Program-made: the position numbers and the translations under genes
Notes under the pieces: generated by a model
Told to the model about the DNA's origin: nothing
Database searches by the model: none
Seen by the model: only the letters and a program-made list of their open reading frames with translations
In this document: positions 49,660 to 62,448 of the stretch, piece after piece
How positions within the stretch are numbered: position 1 is the stretch's first letter
Layout: the number at the start of each line of letters is the position of its first letter
Assembly: GCF_004010195.1 (NCBI RefSeq)
Contig: NC_057755.1
Span: forward strand, 12,084,966-12,148,965
Origin: Chiloscyllium plagiosum
Taxonomy: Eukaryota
Length of the DNA stretch: 64,000 bases
Reading direction: 5' to 3'

Positions 49660-50560
49660 CAGTTTTACCCCTTCAACATTTTGATAACCTCTGTCAAATC
49701 TCCTCTTTCTTCTGTCCAGGATAAACAGTCCTAATGTCTTTGTGTTCTTCATTCCTGGATCCATTATTGAAAATCTCCTCAGTACGCTCCCCACAGTGTT
49801 CACATCCTTCCTCTAGTGTGACGCCCAGAACTGTACACAATACTGTAACTAAGGTCTAGCCAGTTCTTATAACATTCAACATAACCTCCCTGCTTCTTCT
49901 CCATGTCCATATTAATAAAACCTAAGTTACTGTATAACTTATTAATCACCTTCTAATCTGTCTTGCCACCTTCCGTGACATCCATATATACAGCCTCTGC
50001 TTCTGCATCCCTTTTAGAGTGTGCCCTTTATTTTATACTGTCTCTCCTAATTCTTCCTACCAAAGTATGTCATGTAGAATCCCTACAGTGTGGAAACAGA
50101 TTATTCAGTCCATTGAGTCCACACCGACCCTCTGAAGAGCATCTCACCTAGACTTACACCATCCCCATAATCTACACATCCTTGGACACTATGGACAATT
50201 TAGCATGGCCAATCCACCTAACCTGCAGACCTTTGGATTGTGGGAGAAAACCAAAGCACCCAGAGGAAACACACATATGTGGAAAGAATGTGTAAACTCC
50301 ACACAATCACCCAGTGGTGGAATTGAACCCAGGTCCCAGGTCACTGAGCCACTGTGCCACACTAAGAATTCACCTAAGAATTCTCTGCATCAAACTTTAC
50401 CTTCCACTGGTCTGCCCATCCCACTAATCTGCCTATGTCCTGTTGCAGTCCTAGAATCTCGTGGTTGACAGTATCTCCCATTTTTGTGTCATTCGCAAAC
50501 TTTGACATTGTGTCTGTGGACCAAGATCTTGCTGGTGAATATATATCAAGTAAAGAAAGG
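49660..50560 (-). mobile_element. Old CR1 fragment with HE1 (50073-50360, -)
   Basis: cccagaactgtacacaatac (YCVQFW); HE1 reverse complement. Confidence 0.7.
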
Positions 50561-51389
50561 TCTTAGCAGAATCTGTAGATGGAAAAATGTCTTGAAAAGG
50601 ATAGAGAATTCCATATGTTTTATATCTGTAGAGTGATTGTCTTGATGTTGGGGTCTCTGACAGTGAGTGTTTCACCATAATTTGCAACCAGCTTTTGGCT
50701 TTGCTCTGCTATGTAATTCTTGAAATGTTCTCCATCACGGTAATATTTAGGAGCTTGATCAATGAACAGTGATGTTTATTCTGAAGTGAGCGCCTATTGC
50801 TTTGTCCAGATCCTGATCATCTCTGTCTGGTGTAATAAACTGACTTTTCTCTTACTCAATGTGGTTAGGTGCCCCGGTTGAAAGACGGAAGAATCTGAAA
50901 TCTAAAGGAAATCCACTGAGTGAACACCCAAGCCTGTAAGTCCAGAAAACTGCTGCTGGGGATGTGGTGGTGTGAGGATGGGGGCTGCAGCTAAGATATT
51001 TGGGAAGTCATTTGAGAGATGTACTCAGTGATGTGGCAGGTTTCCTTTGGTTGACTGAACCAATAGATGAATGTGGGATCTGCATGGGGCACACCTAACT
51101 CATATCCCATATTTCTTTTACACTACTTCATAGTATGTGGACGTTGCTGGCTGGGACAACATTTACTGTCCATCCCTAACTGCCCTTGAGAAGATGATGG
51201 TGAGCTGCCGTCTTGAACTGCTGCAGCCCATGTCCTATAGGAACACCAACAATGCTATCAGAAAGGGGGTGGCTATACTGTGTACATACAGGAATGTGGA
51301 TTTGAGATCACAATCAGATCAGCCAAGGCCTTACTAAATGGTGTGGCGGGCTCGAGGGGCATACTCCTGCTTCAAAAGCACAGCCTAAT

Positions 51390-52640
51390 TGAATCAGTCA
51401 GCATGACTTTTTGTGGGGCAGGCCATGTCTTACTAACTTGATTGAATTTTTCAAGGAGGTGACAAAGGTGATCCATGAGGTTGGAGCTGCAGATATTGTC
51501 TATGTGGATCTTAGTAAGGCCTTTGACAAACTCCCTCATGGTCGGCTAATTCAGAAGATTAAGATGCATGGGATCCATGGTGACCTGGTCGCATGTCTTC
51601 AGAATTGGCTGATCTATAGAAGGCAGAGGGTAGGGTTGGTAGGGTGTTTTCTGGCTGGGAGGTCCATGATCAGTGGTGTCTGCAGGGATCCATGCTACTT
51701 TTTATTATATATATAAATTACTTGGATGAAAATGTATTGGGGCGAATTAGGAAGTTTGCAGACAACACAAAAATCGATGCAGTTGTGAATGGTATAGAAG
51801 GTTGTCAAAGGATACAACGAGATATAGGTCAGTTGCAAATGTGGGCACAGAAATGCCAAATGGAGTTTAATCTGGGTAAGTGTGATGTGCTGCACTTTGG
51901 GAGATCAAATGTTAAGGAAACGTATACAGATTAATGGAAGGACACTGAACAGCATTGATGTGCAGAGGGGTCTTGGGGATCAAGTCCATATCTCCCTGAA
52001 AGTGGCCATGCAATTCGATAGGATAGTAAAGAAGGCGTATGGCAGGCTTACCTTTATTGATTGGGGAATTGAGTGCAAGCATCATGCTGTCATGTTGCAG
52101 CTTTATAAGACTTTGGTTAGGCCACACTTAGAGTACTGCGTTCAAGTCTGGTTTCCACATTACAGAAGGATGTGGAGTCTTTGGAGAGGGTGCAGAAGAG
52201 GTTTATCAGAGTGCTGTCTGGATTACAGGGTATGAGCTGTTAAGCGAAGCTAGAAAAACTCAAATTGTTTTTCTGGAGTGGTGGAGGCTAAGGGGGGAGA
52301 CTCGATAGATGCATAGATAGGGTTGACGGTCACAATCTTTTTCCCAGAGTTGAAATGCCGAATATTAGGGGGCACGCACTTAAGCTAAGAGGGGGTAAAT
52401 TCAAAGTACATGTGAGGGGCTAGTTTTTTACACAGAGAGTGATAGGAGTCTGGAACGCACTGCCAGAGATGGTGATAGGGGCAGATACCAGAAGGACATT
52501 TAAGAGACATTTAGATAAGCACATGAGTACGCAAGGACCATAGACAGGCAGAAGGGATTAGTTTAATTTGGTGTCAAGTTCAACACAACATCGTAGGCTG
52601 AAGGTCCCATTCCTGTGTTGTATAGTTCTGTGTTCCAAAT
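51390..52640 (+). mobile_element. CR1 RT/3' end
   Basis: PCLTNLIEFF, DLSKAFDKLPH, KFADNTK, LYKTLVRPHLEYC. Confidence 0.9.
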
Positions 52641-52776
52641 TGGTTTGTTGGTGGTCAGGTCTTGTGAATTTTCTTCCTGTCTCTGAATTGGGATGAGTGC
52701 ACTGTTTTTTCATGTTTTTTCACCAAACAGGATGATTTGAATAATTTGAGATGTCTTTGGCCCCATGGTTGTTAGT

Positions 52777-53021
52777 TCAGTCTCTGGGCAACTCGGTGAC
52801 AGCTGCTGTCATTTCTCCAGGTTGAGAAGAGCGTCTGAAATCCCGCTGCTGCCTCCGGGAGACGATCTGGCACCAGCTGCACTGCGTGAGGCTGAAGGAC
52901 CGCTGGCGGAGATTTCCGACCTCGGGGTATCTGGAGATGGTGTCTGGGTTTCCGGAGATGGGCCGGGCTTCTCTCCCCGGGACCGTCTCCCCCTCGCCTT
53001 CGGAGCAGATGGAGCCGAAGC
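52777..53021 (-). CDS. Candidate terminal coding exon of an unidentified host gene
   Basis: Acceptor tcttccttgtcgactctag; frame (S)FGSICSEGEGETVPGREARPISGNPDTISRYPEVGNLRQRSFSLTQCSWCQIVSRRQQRDFRRSSQPGEMTAAVTELPRD*; about 24 of the first 30 codons end in G/C; CpG retained. Confidence 0.6.
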
Positions 53022-53475
53022 CTAGAGTCGACAAGGAAGACTGCCCCTTGTTTGGGCACATTCATCTGAGTTGAAGATAACCCAAAACATAATATTCAAA
53101 CATTCCTCGACAAATTGCCACAACCGTTTATGAATGTGGATTAGAGTAAAATGCAACGCATTCAAAGAATTATTCAATAGTCGCAGCTCCAAATTGTCAC
53201 TGTATCAAATGCTGGGATTGTAAATGATGTGAGTTTTTCTTCTCGATTCTATCAAATGAACCTGTTTTGAGGCAAACCTGTGGATTGTAATAATCCTTGT
53301 TACCACTTTGTAGCAACCTCTCATTTCCAAAGCTTTATGCTGTTTAATTTCACTATGCCACCTTGTAGTACTTGGACATTTGTAATGGTAAACTGAATGG
53401 AAGAGTTAAACCATTATTGCCAGTTTGTGTAGTATTTTTGTGTTCTGTGTATTTTCTGATCAGGATTTCAAGTAT

Positions 53476-53763
53476 GTCGTGGTGGCTCAGTGGTTGGCAC
53501 TGCTGTCTCATAGCGCCAGGGACCTGGGTTCAATTCTTTGGGTGACTTTGTGTAGAGTTTATACAGTCTGTCTGGGTTTCCTCTGGGTGCTTAGGTTTCC
53601 TTCCACAGTCCAACCATGTGCATGTTAGGTGAATAGGGCATGCTAAATTGCCCATAGTGTTCATGGATCTGGGTGGGTTGTCTTTTGGTGGGTTGCCTTT
53701 CAGAGGCTTGGTTAAGACCTATTGGGCCAAATGGCCTGTTTCCACACTGTAGGGATTCTATGA
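53476..53763 (+). mobile_element. HE1-type SINE, diverged
   Basis: Head gtggtggctcagtggttggcactgctg, tail gggattctatg. Confidence 0.8.
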
Positions 53764-54589
53764 ACCCAATTTGTTGGCCCAGTGAGTACAGTGCAATCTG
53801 AGAGAGGGGCTGAGTGTTTCAACCTGCGCTCAGCTGTACATTGCACTGACTTCCCCAGCACTGGGTTCTTATTCCAGTATTTGAAGGTTCCTGGTTTTCC
53901 TGCTGAAACAGGCCTGGTGTTGGTGCCATCATCCCAGCAGGGGGCCACCAGAAAGATGATTTTCACCTCATCCTAAACCTAACATAGTCTGCCCACAAAC
54001 ACAAATCAAAGCAGAAACTGAGGGGATAGTTGGCAGTTTATGGAGGGCCTGTGGTCAGTAAGACACTCTCAGCTGGAGCTTGACTATGCAAGTTAGTGGA
54101 ATGTTTTGGAGGGGTTCCAGCCATGAGGCCAAGTGAGGTTTCACACCATATCTTACCCCACTCCTATGGCATCCCTTTCATCTGATTCTAGCCACACTTT
54201 AACTTGCTCTGTTTACAGAACTTGCTAGTCAGTGGTATCTGCCAAAAGACTAGTTCCTCTTGCACCCTTGCCATCTTTAAAAAAAGTGCACCCAGATGAG
54301 TGGCAGAAACACTGCATTTGGCATATAGTTGACACTACCTTGAGTGGCTGTTTAAGCTCCAGGCAATATCTGTCACCTGGCCTTAGATATATCTCATCTC
54401 ACTGCCTGCTCATCTTTCCCCATTCATATCTTGTCATTGTATGGAAGGGGAACATTCAGATCAGTCCAAACATAAGTTTTTATTGACAGCTGGCAAAAAA
54501 AAAAGAACAGAAAGGAAAGGAATCCAGGCTGCAGCTCACACCCTCAATGTCAACCAGAATCTGCATCTTGACTTTGAGAGTTCATGATG

Positions 54590-54872
54590 GATTAGATTAG
54601 ATTACTTACAGTGTGGAAACAGGCCCTTTGGCCCGCCGAAGTGCAACCCACCCAGACCCATTCTCCTACATTTACCTCCTCACCTAACACTAGGGGCAAT
54701 TTCGCATGGCCAATTCACCTAACCTGCACAGTTTTGGATTGTGGGAGGAAACCCACGCAGACACGGAGAGAATGTGCAAACTTCTCACAGAGAGTTGCCA
54801 GAGGCCGGAATTGAACCCGGGTCTCTGGCGCTGTGAGGCAGCAGTGCTAACCACTGTGCCACCATGCCGCCC
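54590..54872 (-). mobile_element. HE1-type SINE
   Basis: Reverse-complement head-core-tail. Confidence 0.9.
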
Positions 54873-54959
54873 TTCTTCTGCAGCCAGCTGGCATCTATTG
54901 GAACTGGATGTCAATCTGCCTGCCATGTAGTGCCTGCAGCAGCTAAGCTCAGTCACTTA

Positions 54960-55420
54960 CAAAGAAAGGAAAGCTTCCTCCAGTTCAATGTCCTCATCCT
55001 TTTCTTCAGACAAATGTTCCCATTCTCTCAGCTCCTCAGCATCCAGCACATCATCTCGTTGCCAGCTCTAATCATGCAGAACACAGCATGACAGGATAGT
55101 GTGGCACACGCTATCTGGATTATACTGAATGTTCCCATTTCCAACGCCCCCCCCACCTCTCCCCCAGACACATCCAAGCTGTGGAACTGTACCTTGGAAC
55201 TCCACCATGGCCCTGTTGCTGCATGAGCACCAAATTGGTGAACGTATGTGCCAGCTGAGTGACCAACACATTAGAAGGGAATGCCTGCTGCACTCTGATC
55301 TCCTTGCCATCCCAGAGCCACTTTAAACATTCCACTCTCCATTGCATTCATTAGACTCCATCATGACACTCCCCTTGTCCCACAGCAACTTTGGAAGTTC
55401 CAAAAATGATGAGATGCTTT
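54960..55420 (-). mobile_element. Harbinger/PIF transposase C-terminal remnant
   Basis: LLWDKG (cf. LLGDKGY), NRAMVE, IQYNPDSVCHTILSCCVLHD (cf. LQYSP.RV..I..CC.LHN), acidic tail. Confidence 0.55.
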
Positions 55421-56376
55421 TAGCCAGCATTCATCTCCTTTGAAGTAATTGCTGCTGCATTCTGCACCACTGAGGTGACAATGTTAGTTTAACCAGCTAA
55501 AATAATCTGGTGCACTCCATCTTTGACCAATATTTGATGCAGAAGAACATTCAGTATTTGTGCATTGCACTTGGCAAGGAGTTGTCTGTAAATGAAATGC
55601 AGCTAGATTTTGCAAATGGTTGCGTCTTGTATTTGTCCCTTCAATATCTAAACGTACAGCAGACATGGACCTTGTGCTTTGACCCATCAAAGTGACACCG
55701 TCTCCATCAACTCTCTGCCTCCCCCTTCCCCTCCAGCCCCCACTCCCAGCTGCCCAGGTCATTGTCCCAGCCACTTTCCAGTTGTATTGCGCATTTAGAG
55801 AAAGGCAAGTGATGGCAGGGAAGCAGGTTGTGGTGTACACTGTCAGCACCAGGCACCACCTGGTCACCCAGAGTCTCCATCTCTCCTTTGAAATTGTCCT
55901 AACTCGACAGCCTTTTTCTGCCCATCTGCCCAAAATTGAGATCCACTGTAATGAACTTCTTGCTATCCTCCATTAATGATGTCCACCCTGCTCCTCTGTG
56001 CTCCTCCTGCAGAGTCCATGGTGGTGGTCGCTGCAAATAAACCATCCCTTGTGTCGCCTACCAGACTTCTAATTCTGTTCTGTAAACCCCCCATTATACC
56101 TTGAGTTTTCCCTGTCACTGTCTTTGATCTCACTTCCACAAATTCATCTGCTTCCCTCACCCCAGCCTTGATTCCCCACCCCTTTTGACAGCAACATCCC
56201 CCACACCTCATTCAGGCATCCCTCTTGCTGCACTCTCTGTAACAAACAATGTACACCCCCCAGGTCCGTGCTCATTCCCTCCCTCTATTTCGATGAGCAG
56301 CCCCTTTCGATGGACCAGATTCTTTGTAACTCTAGACTGATGACACAATTCCCTGGACTGCTGCTGCTGACTGACC

Positions 56377-56757
56377 ATTTTTTTAAATTTCAAAAATATA
56401 TTTGATTCATAAAAAATATATGTTCATACATAATTATTAAAGCAGTTCAGTTCTGTACTGTAATATATGAAGAAAACAAAAAAAAATGCAGTTTGACTCT
56501 GTCCAACAAGGATATCTCTTACTTGTGTAAGATTATAATTACATATATTTGAGGCGCTGGGAGGGTCCGATAACTGAACAGATCCCATTTAACTTCAGCA
56601 GAAAGACCTCAGACAGTGGTCTTTCACCACTGCATCTTAATGACAGCTGTTCCAAGCTTGAGTGCATCCCTCAGCACGTAGTCTTGGATCTTGGAATCTG
56701 CCAGTCTGCAACATTCAGTCAGAGTCAACTCCTTGTTCTGGAAAACCAACAAGTTTT
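56377..56757 (-). mobile_element. Tx1/L1-clade LINE 3' end (second family)
   Basis: LLVFQNKELTLTECCRLADSKIQDYVLRDALKLG...KTTV*, AT-rich 3'UTR, A tail. Confidence 0.75.
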
Positions 56758-58672
56758 GGGCAGAACTACATAACTGACCATTATCCTGATTGCAGATTCC
56801 CTGGTTGTGACAACTTTACTGTGGCTAAGCCCCTGGACAGTGTGTGCACTGCATTCTTGATCAATGATACTGGGACCCCCTGACTGATAGTGGCCCATTT
56901 GAGTGGACTAAGAAAAAGCCCCCAATCCACATTAACACATTTGATTGCATACATTCTAATGTGTTGGCTGCACAGACAGCTGGCATATGCTGAATGTGTT
57001 AGATTGACATCTCATTGTGACACACAGCAAGACATCCCCTTTCCCCACCAGACTCAGTTTTATTGAGAAGCATAAGAAGAAGCCTGTCTGTGTGATGAAA
57101 TGCAATGCCCACCGCTCTCTAAAGGCACTGAGAGCATTGGTGGACACTGTTTGTTCCTTCTCCAAGGCACAAATGGAACTGCGGAAGAAAGAAGTTGAAT
57201 ATTAATGAGGTGTTTAACAAGTAATAATCGTCCTTAATTGGCAACTTGCCACTGCCTAGTGAGAAACCTGCCGTGCTACTTATGAAAAATACAAAAAAAG
57301 ATGGAATAGCATCCTCTTGACATTGAGATAGGCCTCACTAGATTTGCTGTCCGATTCTAACATAAGTCTCACCACAGCTCATGTCAGTCAGATGCCTTCT
57401 GTTCCTCACTGATCAGTCTCCCACTGATACGCTGAGCATTGCAGCATCTGGTTTGAGTCTCATTACGTCTAATTACTGGATAGGTAGCCCCAAGTTTGAA
57501 AGTACCAATGAGTGGCATCCACCCAGCTTCAGGGGAGGTGGGGTTTACTTACGGGTGGATGGGTTAGCTAATCAAGCTGCGAGGGTGTTTAGTTACCCTG
57601 CACTAAGCATGTTATGGGAGTTGGAGAAGGTGTATTCGTTACCCAATTCTAGGTGTGAGCAAGGGAACTGAGGGATCATAACCAAACTGCTGTTATCATG
57701 AGAGTAGAGGAAGTGTACTTTGTCCATTTCAACAGGAGTGCTCCATCTCCTTTTCTGTTTGCCACATGTTTACAATAGCAATATAATTACCAATGGTGTG
57801 CATGTGAAACATATGTGACCATGCAGTAGCAGATGTTTCTCATTGGTGGAACAACAGGTAGAGGGGGCTCTCAGACATTATCAAATGTCACAGTCAGAAT
57901 GGCATTGGGATCACAGAAGTAGCTGAAATTCTTTAAATTTTGGTTTCTTTTGTAAGTATTTTATATTGTAACAGCTTCACCTTATTCATGCATGGAACAT
58001 TGTTATTGGTTGAGACTAGCTTAGTCAGAGAATAAAACACCTCTTGGATGGTATCCATTGATGGTGACAGGGAGTTTAGGGGCATTTCATTGATTGTGAA
58101 ACTATGAGCCTGTGTTTTTATGTACACTCCTTACTGAAATGTTCATGTTAGTGTCCAGTGCTGTACTCAATCAGCTGTGAGACATGGCTTAACTCACAGA
58201 CAATGACTCTTTCCATGTATTATAACAGGCATTGACCAAGAACATTCTTTGAGGGGGATGCTGTAAGTGAAATTTTGCAACTTAAAGTCCTGTGAAGACT
58301 CTTTAGCACCCTCATTATCTTACCCTGACTGGCTGCCCCCACATCAAGTCACTTCACTACTTCATGCTCCTGATCTAATTGACTACCCTCCCTTGAATCC
58401 TGAATGCCATACCCAATTTTACACTACTGACCCACACTTCTACCCCACCATTCTTGCTGGGCCTGAGGCTCAGTGTGAGCAGCCACTCCATCTCTCCTGT
58501 TTAAAAAAGAAAACCACTGACCACAAATACAGCTCGACAAAACTGACTGGTGCACATAACCTTTAAATTCGCTGTGCCATTCTCACGAAGCCAGATATAA
58601 TTGCAAACTCTGTTATACTCATGAATATTTATAGTATGCAAATATAAGAACAAACAAGAATGCACCACAGTC

Positions 58673-58783
58673 AAGATTAGAGTGGTGCTGGAAAAGCACA
58701 GCAGGTCAGGCATCATCTGAGGGGAAGGAAAACCGACTTTTCAGTCATCATCTGAGGGGCAGGAAAAGCCCTTCATCAGGAAA
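58673..58783 (-). mobile_element. Penelope family A terminus
   Basis: gattagagtggtgctggaaaagcacagcagg...gcccttcatcaggaa. Confidence 0.8.
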
Positions 58784-58877
58784 CATTGTAGACACACTGC
58801 TGACTTTGTCACAATATGCCATCGGGAAATTGAAATTCCATTTCCCAAATTCAGACCCCGTACGCCATGTCACTCAC

Positions 58878-59164
58878 TCTTGAAGATTTCGTAAACTAAG
58901 CACCCCTCCTCCCCTCTATCCGTGACCGCCCAGGGAATAGAAGAACTTTCAATATGTCCAGCTGATCCGGGAAGGAGGCTGACATTGGTAGAGGGTGGAT
59001 CCTGTCTGTGGAATCTAGCTGAATTCATCTGAAGAAGTGGCCAGCACTGGGAATCCGTGTGGTGGTGATAAGTGGGTAGAGATTGTGGGGAAGTTCCACA
59101 CTCACTCCCCTCACCTTCGGTGAAACTCCTGTTTCCTCCAATCTGGCCAGAAATCACAGGCATA
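58878..59164 (-). CDS. Candidate coding exon (287 nt) upstream of the 53021-52777 exon
   Basis: Acceptor tcatttctctcag, donor gtgagt, open frame MPVISGQIGG...GEEGCLVYEIFK; phase-1 end matches the downstream exon. Confidence 0.55.
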
Positions 59165-59269
59165 CTGAGAGAAATGACAACTTACTTGTTAATTTATTTT
59201 TATGTACAATAAACATTTATACATGTACATATATTCCTTTATGCACGTACATTTCATTCGCAAGGTTGC

Positions 59270-59430
59270 AATAGTCCCATGGGGCTGCTCTCTCATTAGA
59301 GAAATGACTGGTGGTGGTTTAACCTGAGAGTCACCACACCTCAAGTGAGGGGAGAGGTTGAGAAGGAGAGTTTTTCGTGATAACTTCAGCCAGTGCGGGA
59401 TTTGAACCCATACTGTTAGCTTCACGCTGC
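59270..59430 (-). mobile_element. tRNA-derived SINE, same family as 8703
   Basis: ggtggtttaacctgagagtcaccacacctcaagtgaggggagaggttgagaagg. Confidence 0.6.
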
Positions 59431-59549
59431 ATTGGACGAAGTGATTTTGCACTTTATATAAATTATACGATTGAACAAAGTAAAACATCTCACTTCACTG
59501 GTGATTTATTAAATAAAATTTGACAGAGTTAAGTCAGACAATAACACAT

Positions 59550-60720
59550 TACCATAATAAATTAGAGCAGGAGTAGGCTATTCAGCTCTTTGAGCCTGTT
59601 CTGTCCTTCAGTATGACTCAGGCCAACGCTTTGCCCCATACCCCTGGATGTTTTAACCCTAAGAACTATATCCGACTCCCTGTTGAAATATTCAATGCTT
59701 TTGCCTCAATCACTTTCTGTGGCAGAAATTCCGCAGGCTCACCACTCTCTAGATGAAAATATTTCTCCTAATTTCAGTCCTAAATAACCTATCCCATATC
59801 CTTAGACTTCTCCTTAGATAGAGGAAGTGGTGGCCTAGTGGTGTTGTCCTCGGACTGTTAATCCAGAATCCCATGCCTGCAGTTGGTGGAATTTGAATTC
59901 AATAAAAATCTGAATGAAGAGCCTAGAGATGACCATAAATCCATTGTCAGGAAACCCATCGACTTCACCAATGTCTTTTAGGAAAGGAAACTGCCATCCT
60001 TACCTGGTCTGGATTACATGTAAGTCCACAATGTCATTAATTCTTAACTGCACGCTTGGCAATTAGGGATGGACAATAAATACTGGCCTAGCTGGCTGTG
60101 CCCTCATCCTGGGAATGAATAAAAACAACAATCCCTGGTTCTGGACCCCCCTAACATTGGGATTATCCTGTATTTACCCTGTCTAGACAAGTAGAATTTT
60201 ATAGGTTTCTATGAGACATCCCCCAATCCCCTGACCCCATTTTTTCTAAATTCCAGTGAATAACTGGTCCAGTATCTCTTCATTCATCAGTCCTGCTATC
60301 TCAGGAATCAGTCTGATAAACCTTCCTTGCACTCCCTCCACAGCCAGAACATGCTTTCTTTTATAAGGAGACCAAAGCTACACACGATCCTCCAGGTTTG
60401 GTCTCATCAAGACCCTGTACAATTGCAGCAAGACAACCCTGCAGCTGAATTGAATTGTCTCATTGTAAAGGTCAACATACCAGCTTTCTTTATCACCTAT
60501 TGCACCTCTATGCTTGCTTTCATCGACTGGTTTACAAGGCCAAATCTTGTTGGACCTCTCCATTTACATATTCCCATTCAGATACCAATATGGACAACCT
60601 CACATTTATCCACAAAAGGAGACCAAAACTACACACAAGACTCTGTCTCTCCAATGCTCTGTACAATTGTAGCAAAATATTCCTTCTCTTGCACTGGAAT
60701 CCTCAAGAAGCCTGATGAAA
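59550..60720 (-). mobile_element. CR1 3' fragment
   Basis: LQLYRVLMRPNLE; CR1 tail gagcaggagtaggctattcagc. Confidence 0.75.
59820..60125 (+). mobile_element. SacSINE1-like DeuSINE nested in CR1
   Basis: Head tggcctagtgg; Deu-domain-like gtcttttaggaaaggaaactgccatccttacctggtctgg; tail shared with LINE family B (caattagggatgg.caataaat). Confidence 0.7.
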
Positions 60721-60729
60721 GAGCTAGAT

Positions 60730-61170
60730 CTTAAGAAGCATCTTAGGTGAGGGTTTTCCGAGTCAAAGCCTCATGAATACGAAAGCCCAACAACTAATGG
60801 GAAGTGGTGATTAAACTAAGATATGTGTAGCCAACTCTGAGAAAATGAAGCCACTGAGTAATCTTAAAATAAAGATGAAAATTTGAAAATTGAGATTTAA
60901 CATAAGCCAGAGAGTTTAGTGATGGGGAATGGGACTCAGTGTGAGTAAGCACTCAGACAGCAGAGTTGTGGACAGCTCAGGTTTGTGGAGGGTGAAATGT
61001 GGAAGATCAACTATGACTGTGCTTCAGTAGTCAGTTATAGAGCTAACAAAGATATGAGCAAGGATTTCAGCAGCAGATGAGCTGAAGTAGAGGGTTACGT
61101 TGCAGAGGTGGAAGTAGGCTGTTGTACTGATGGAGAAGATATGTGGTCGGAAGCTTATTTTGGGGTCAAC
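60730..61170 (-). mobile_element. L2-clade LINE fragment
   Basis: Degenerate LPHFTLHK...NSAV*VLTHTESHSPIT (cf. L2 LQNSAAR.LT..HIT). Confidence 0.55.
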
Positions 61171-61564
61171 AATGATGGCAAGAAATAACCAAAAACATAA
61201 CTGGTCCTAAAGCTCCCGGATCAGCATTATCACATCACATCATAGACTCTGCAAAAGGCAGGAAGTGTTCACTGACAGCCCCTGTCCTTCTGACTGTCAT
61301 TTAAAGGTCAGACCACCACAAGCAATTTGTCTGGAAACATGCTGTGGCCCCCTCAGCACATCTCACTTTTAAATTTACAATCAGGAGTGCAATCTGTCAA
61401 TATTTCCTGTTCAACTTAGTGCAGACTTTTAACTCTTTGCAACTTGAAAACAATTACTAAGTTTCTTACATTTGAGGACAAGTGCTAAGGGCGGCCACTG
61501 AGAATGTTTGTCACTCACCCTTGCTGCTTTGGTGACTGAATTGTATCGCCAGGAATAAAGTCTA

Positions 61565-62234
61565 GATTAGAGTGGTGCTGGAAAAGCACAGCAGGTCAGG
61601 CAGCATCCGAGGAGCAGGAAAATTGACGTTTCGGTCAAGAGCCCTTCATCAGGAATAGAGGCAGGGTGCCTGCAGAGTGGAGAGGTAAATGAGAGGAGGG
61701 TGGGGTGGGGAGAAAGTAGCATAGAGTACAATAGGTGTATGGGAGTGGGGATGGAGGTGATAGGTCAGAGAGGAGGGTGGGGGAAGGTCCCGATGCTCCG
61801 AACAGTACCCTTCCACTGATGCTCTCATTCGTTTGGCTGAACTGGTCCTCACCCTTAACAATTTCTCCTTTGAATCCTCTCAATTCCTCCAGACCAAAGG
61901 GGTAGCCATGGGAACCCATATGGGCCCCAGCTATGCCTGTCTCTTTGTTGGCTACGTAGAACAGTCCACCTTCTGTAGTTACACCGGCACCACTCTCCAA
62001 CTCTTCCTCTACTACATCAATGACTGCATCAGCGCCACCTCATGCTCCCGTGAGGAGGTTGAGCAATTCATCAACTTTTGAATACCGAACAACCCAGATG
62101 GCCTCCTCCTTCAAAGACCGCAATTTCCCCTCAGACGTGGTTGGCGATGCTCTCCACCGCATCTCCTCCACTTCCCACTCCTCCAATCACCACCAGGACA
62201 GAACCCCACTGGTCCTCACCTACCACCCCACCAA
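61565..62234 (+). mobile_element. Penelope family A: inverted pLTR (61565-61790) followed by RT fragment
   Basis: AELVLTLNNFSFESSQFLQTKGVAMGTHMGPSYACLFVGYVE...YINDC; hammerhead on minus strand 61625-61653. Confidence 0.85.
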
Positions 62235-62448
62235 NNNNNNNNNNNNNNNNNNNNNNNNNNNNNNNNNNNNNNNNNNNNNNNNNNNNNNNNNNNNNNNNNN
62301 NNNNNNNNNNNNNNNNNNNNNNNNNNNNNNNNNNNNNNNNNNNNNNNNNNNNNNNNNNNNNNNNNNNNNNNNNNNNNNNNNNNNNNNNNNNNNNNNNNNN
62401 NNNNNNNNNNNNNNNNNNNNNNNNNNNNNNNNNNNNNNNNNNNNNNNN

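Noticed and set aside
52765..53074. Plus-strand ORFs in the GC-rich segment
   Set aside because: Shadow frames; splice signal and GC3 bias favour the minus-strand frame
6587..54872. HE1 orientation bias (about 10 plus vs 3 minus)
   Set aside because: Too few copies to distinguish from chance
6533..54956. Recurrent ORFs such as MANSPDLHIFGLWEETG... and ...HGGSVVSTAASQ...
   Set aside because: Translations of HE1 SINE copies, not a gene family
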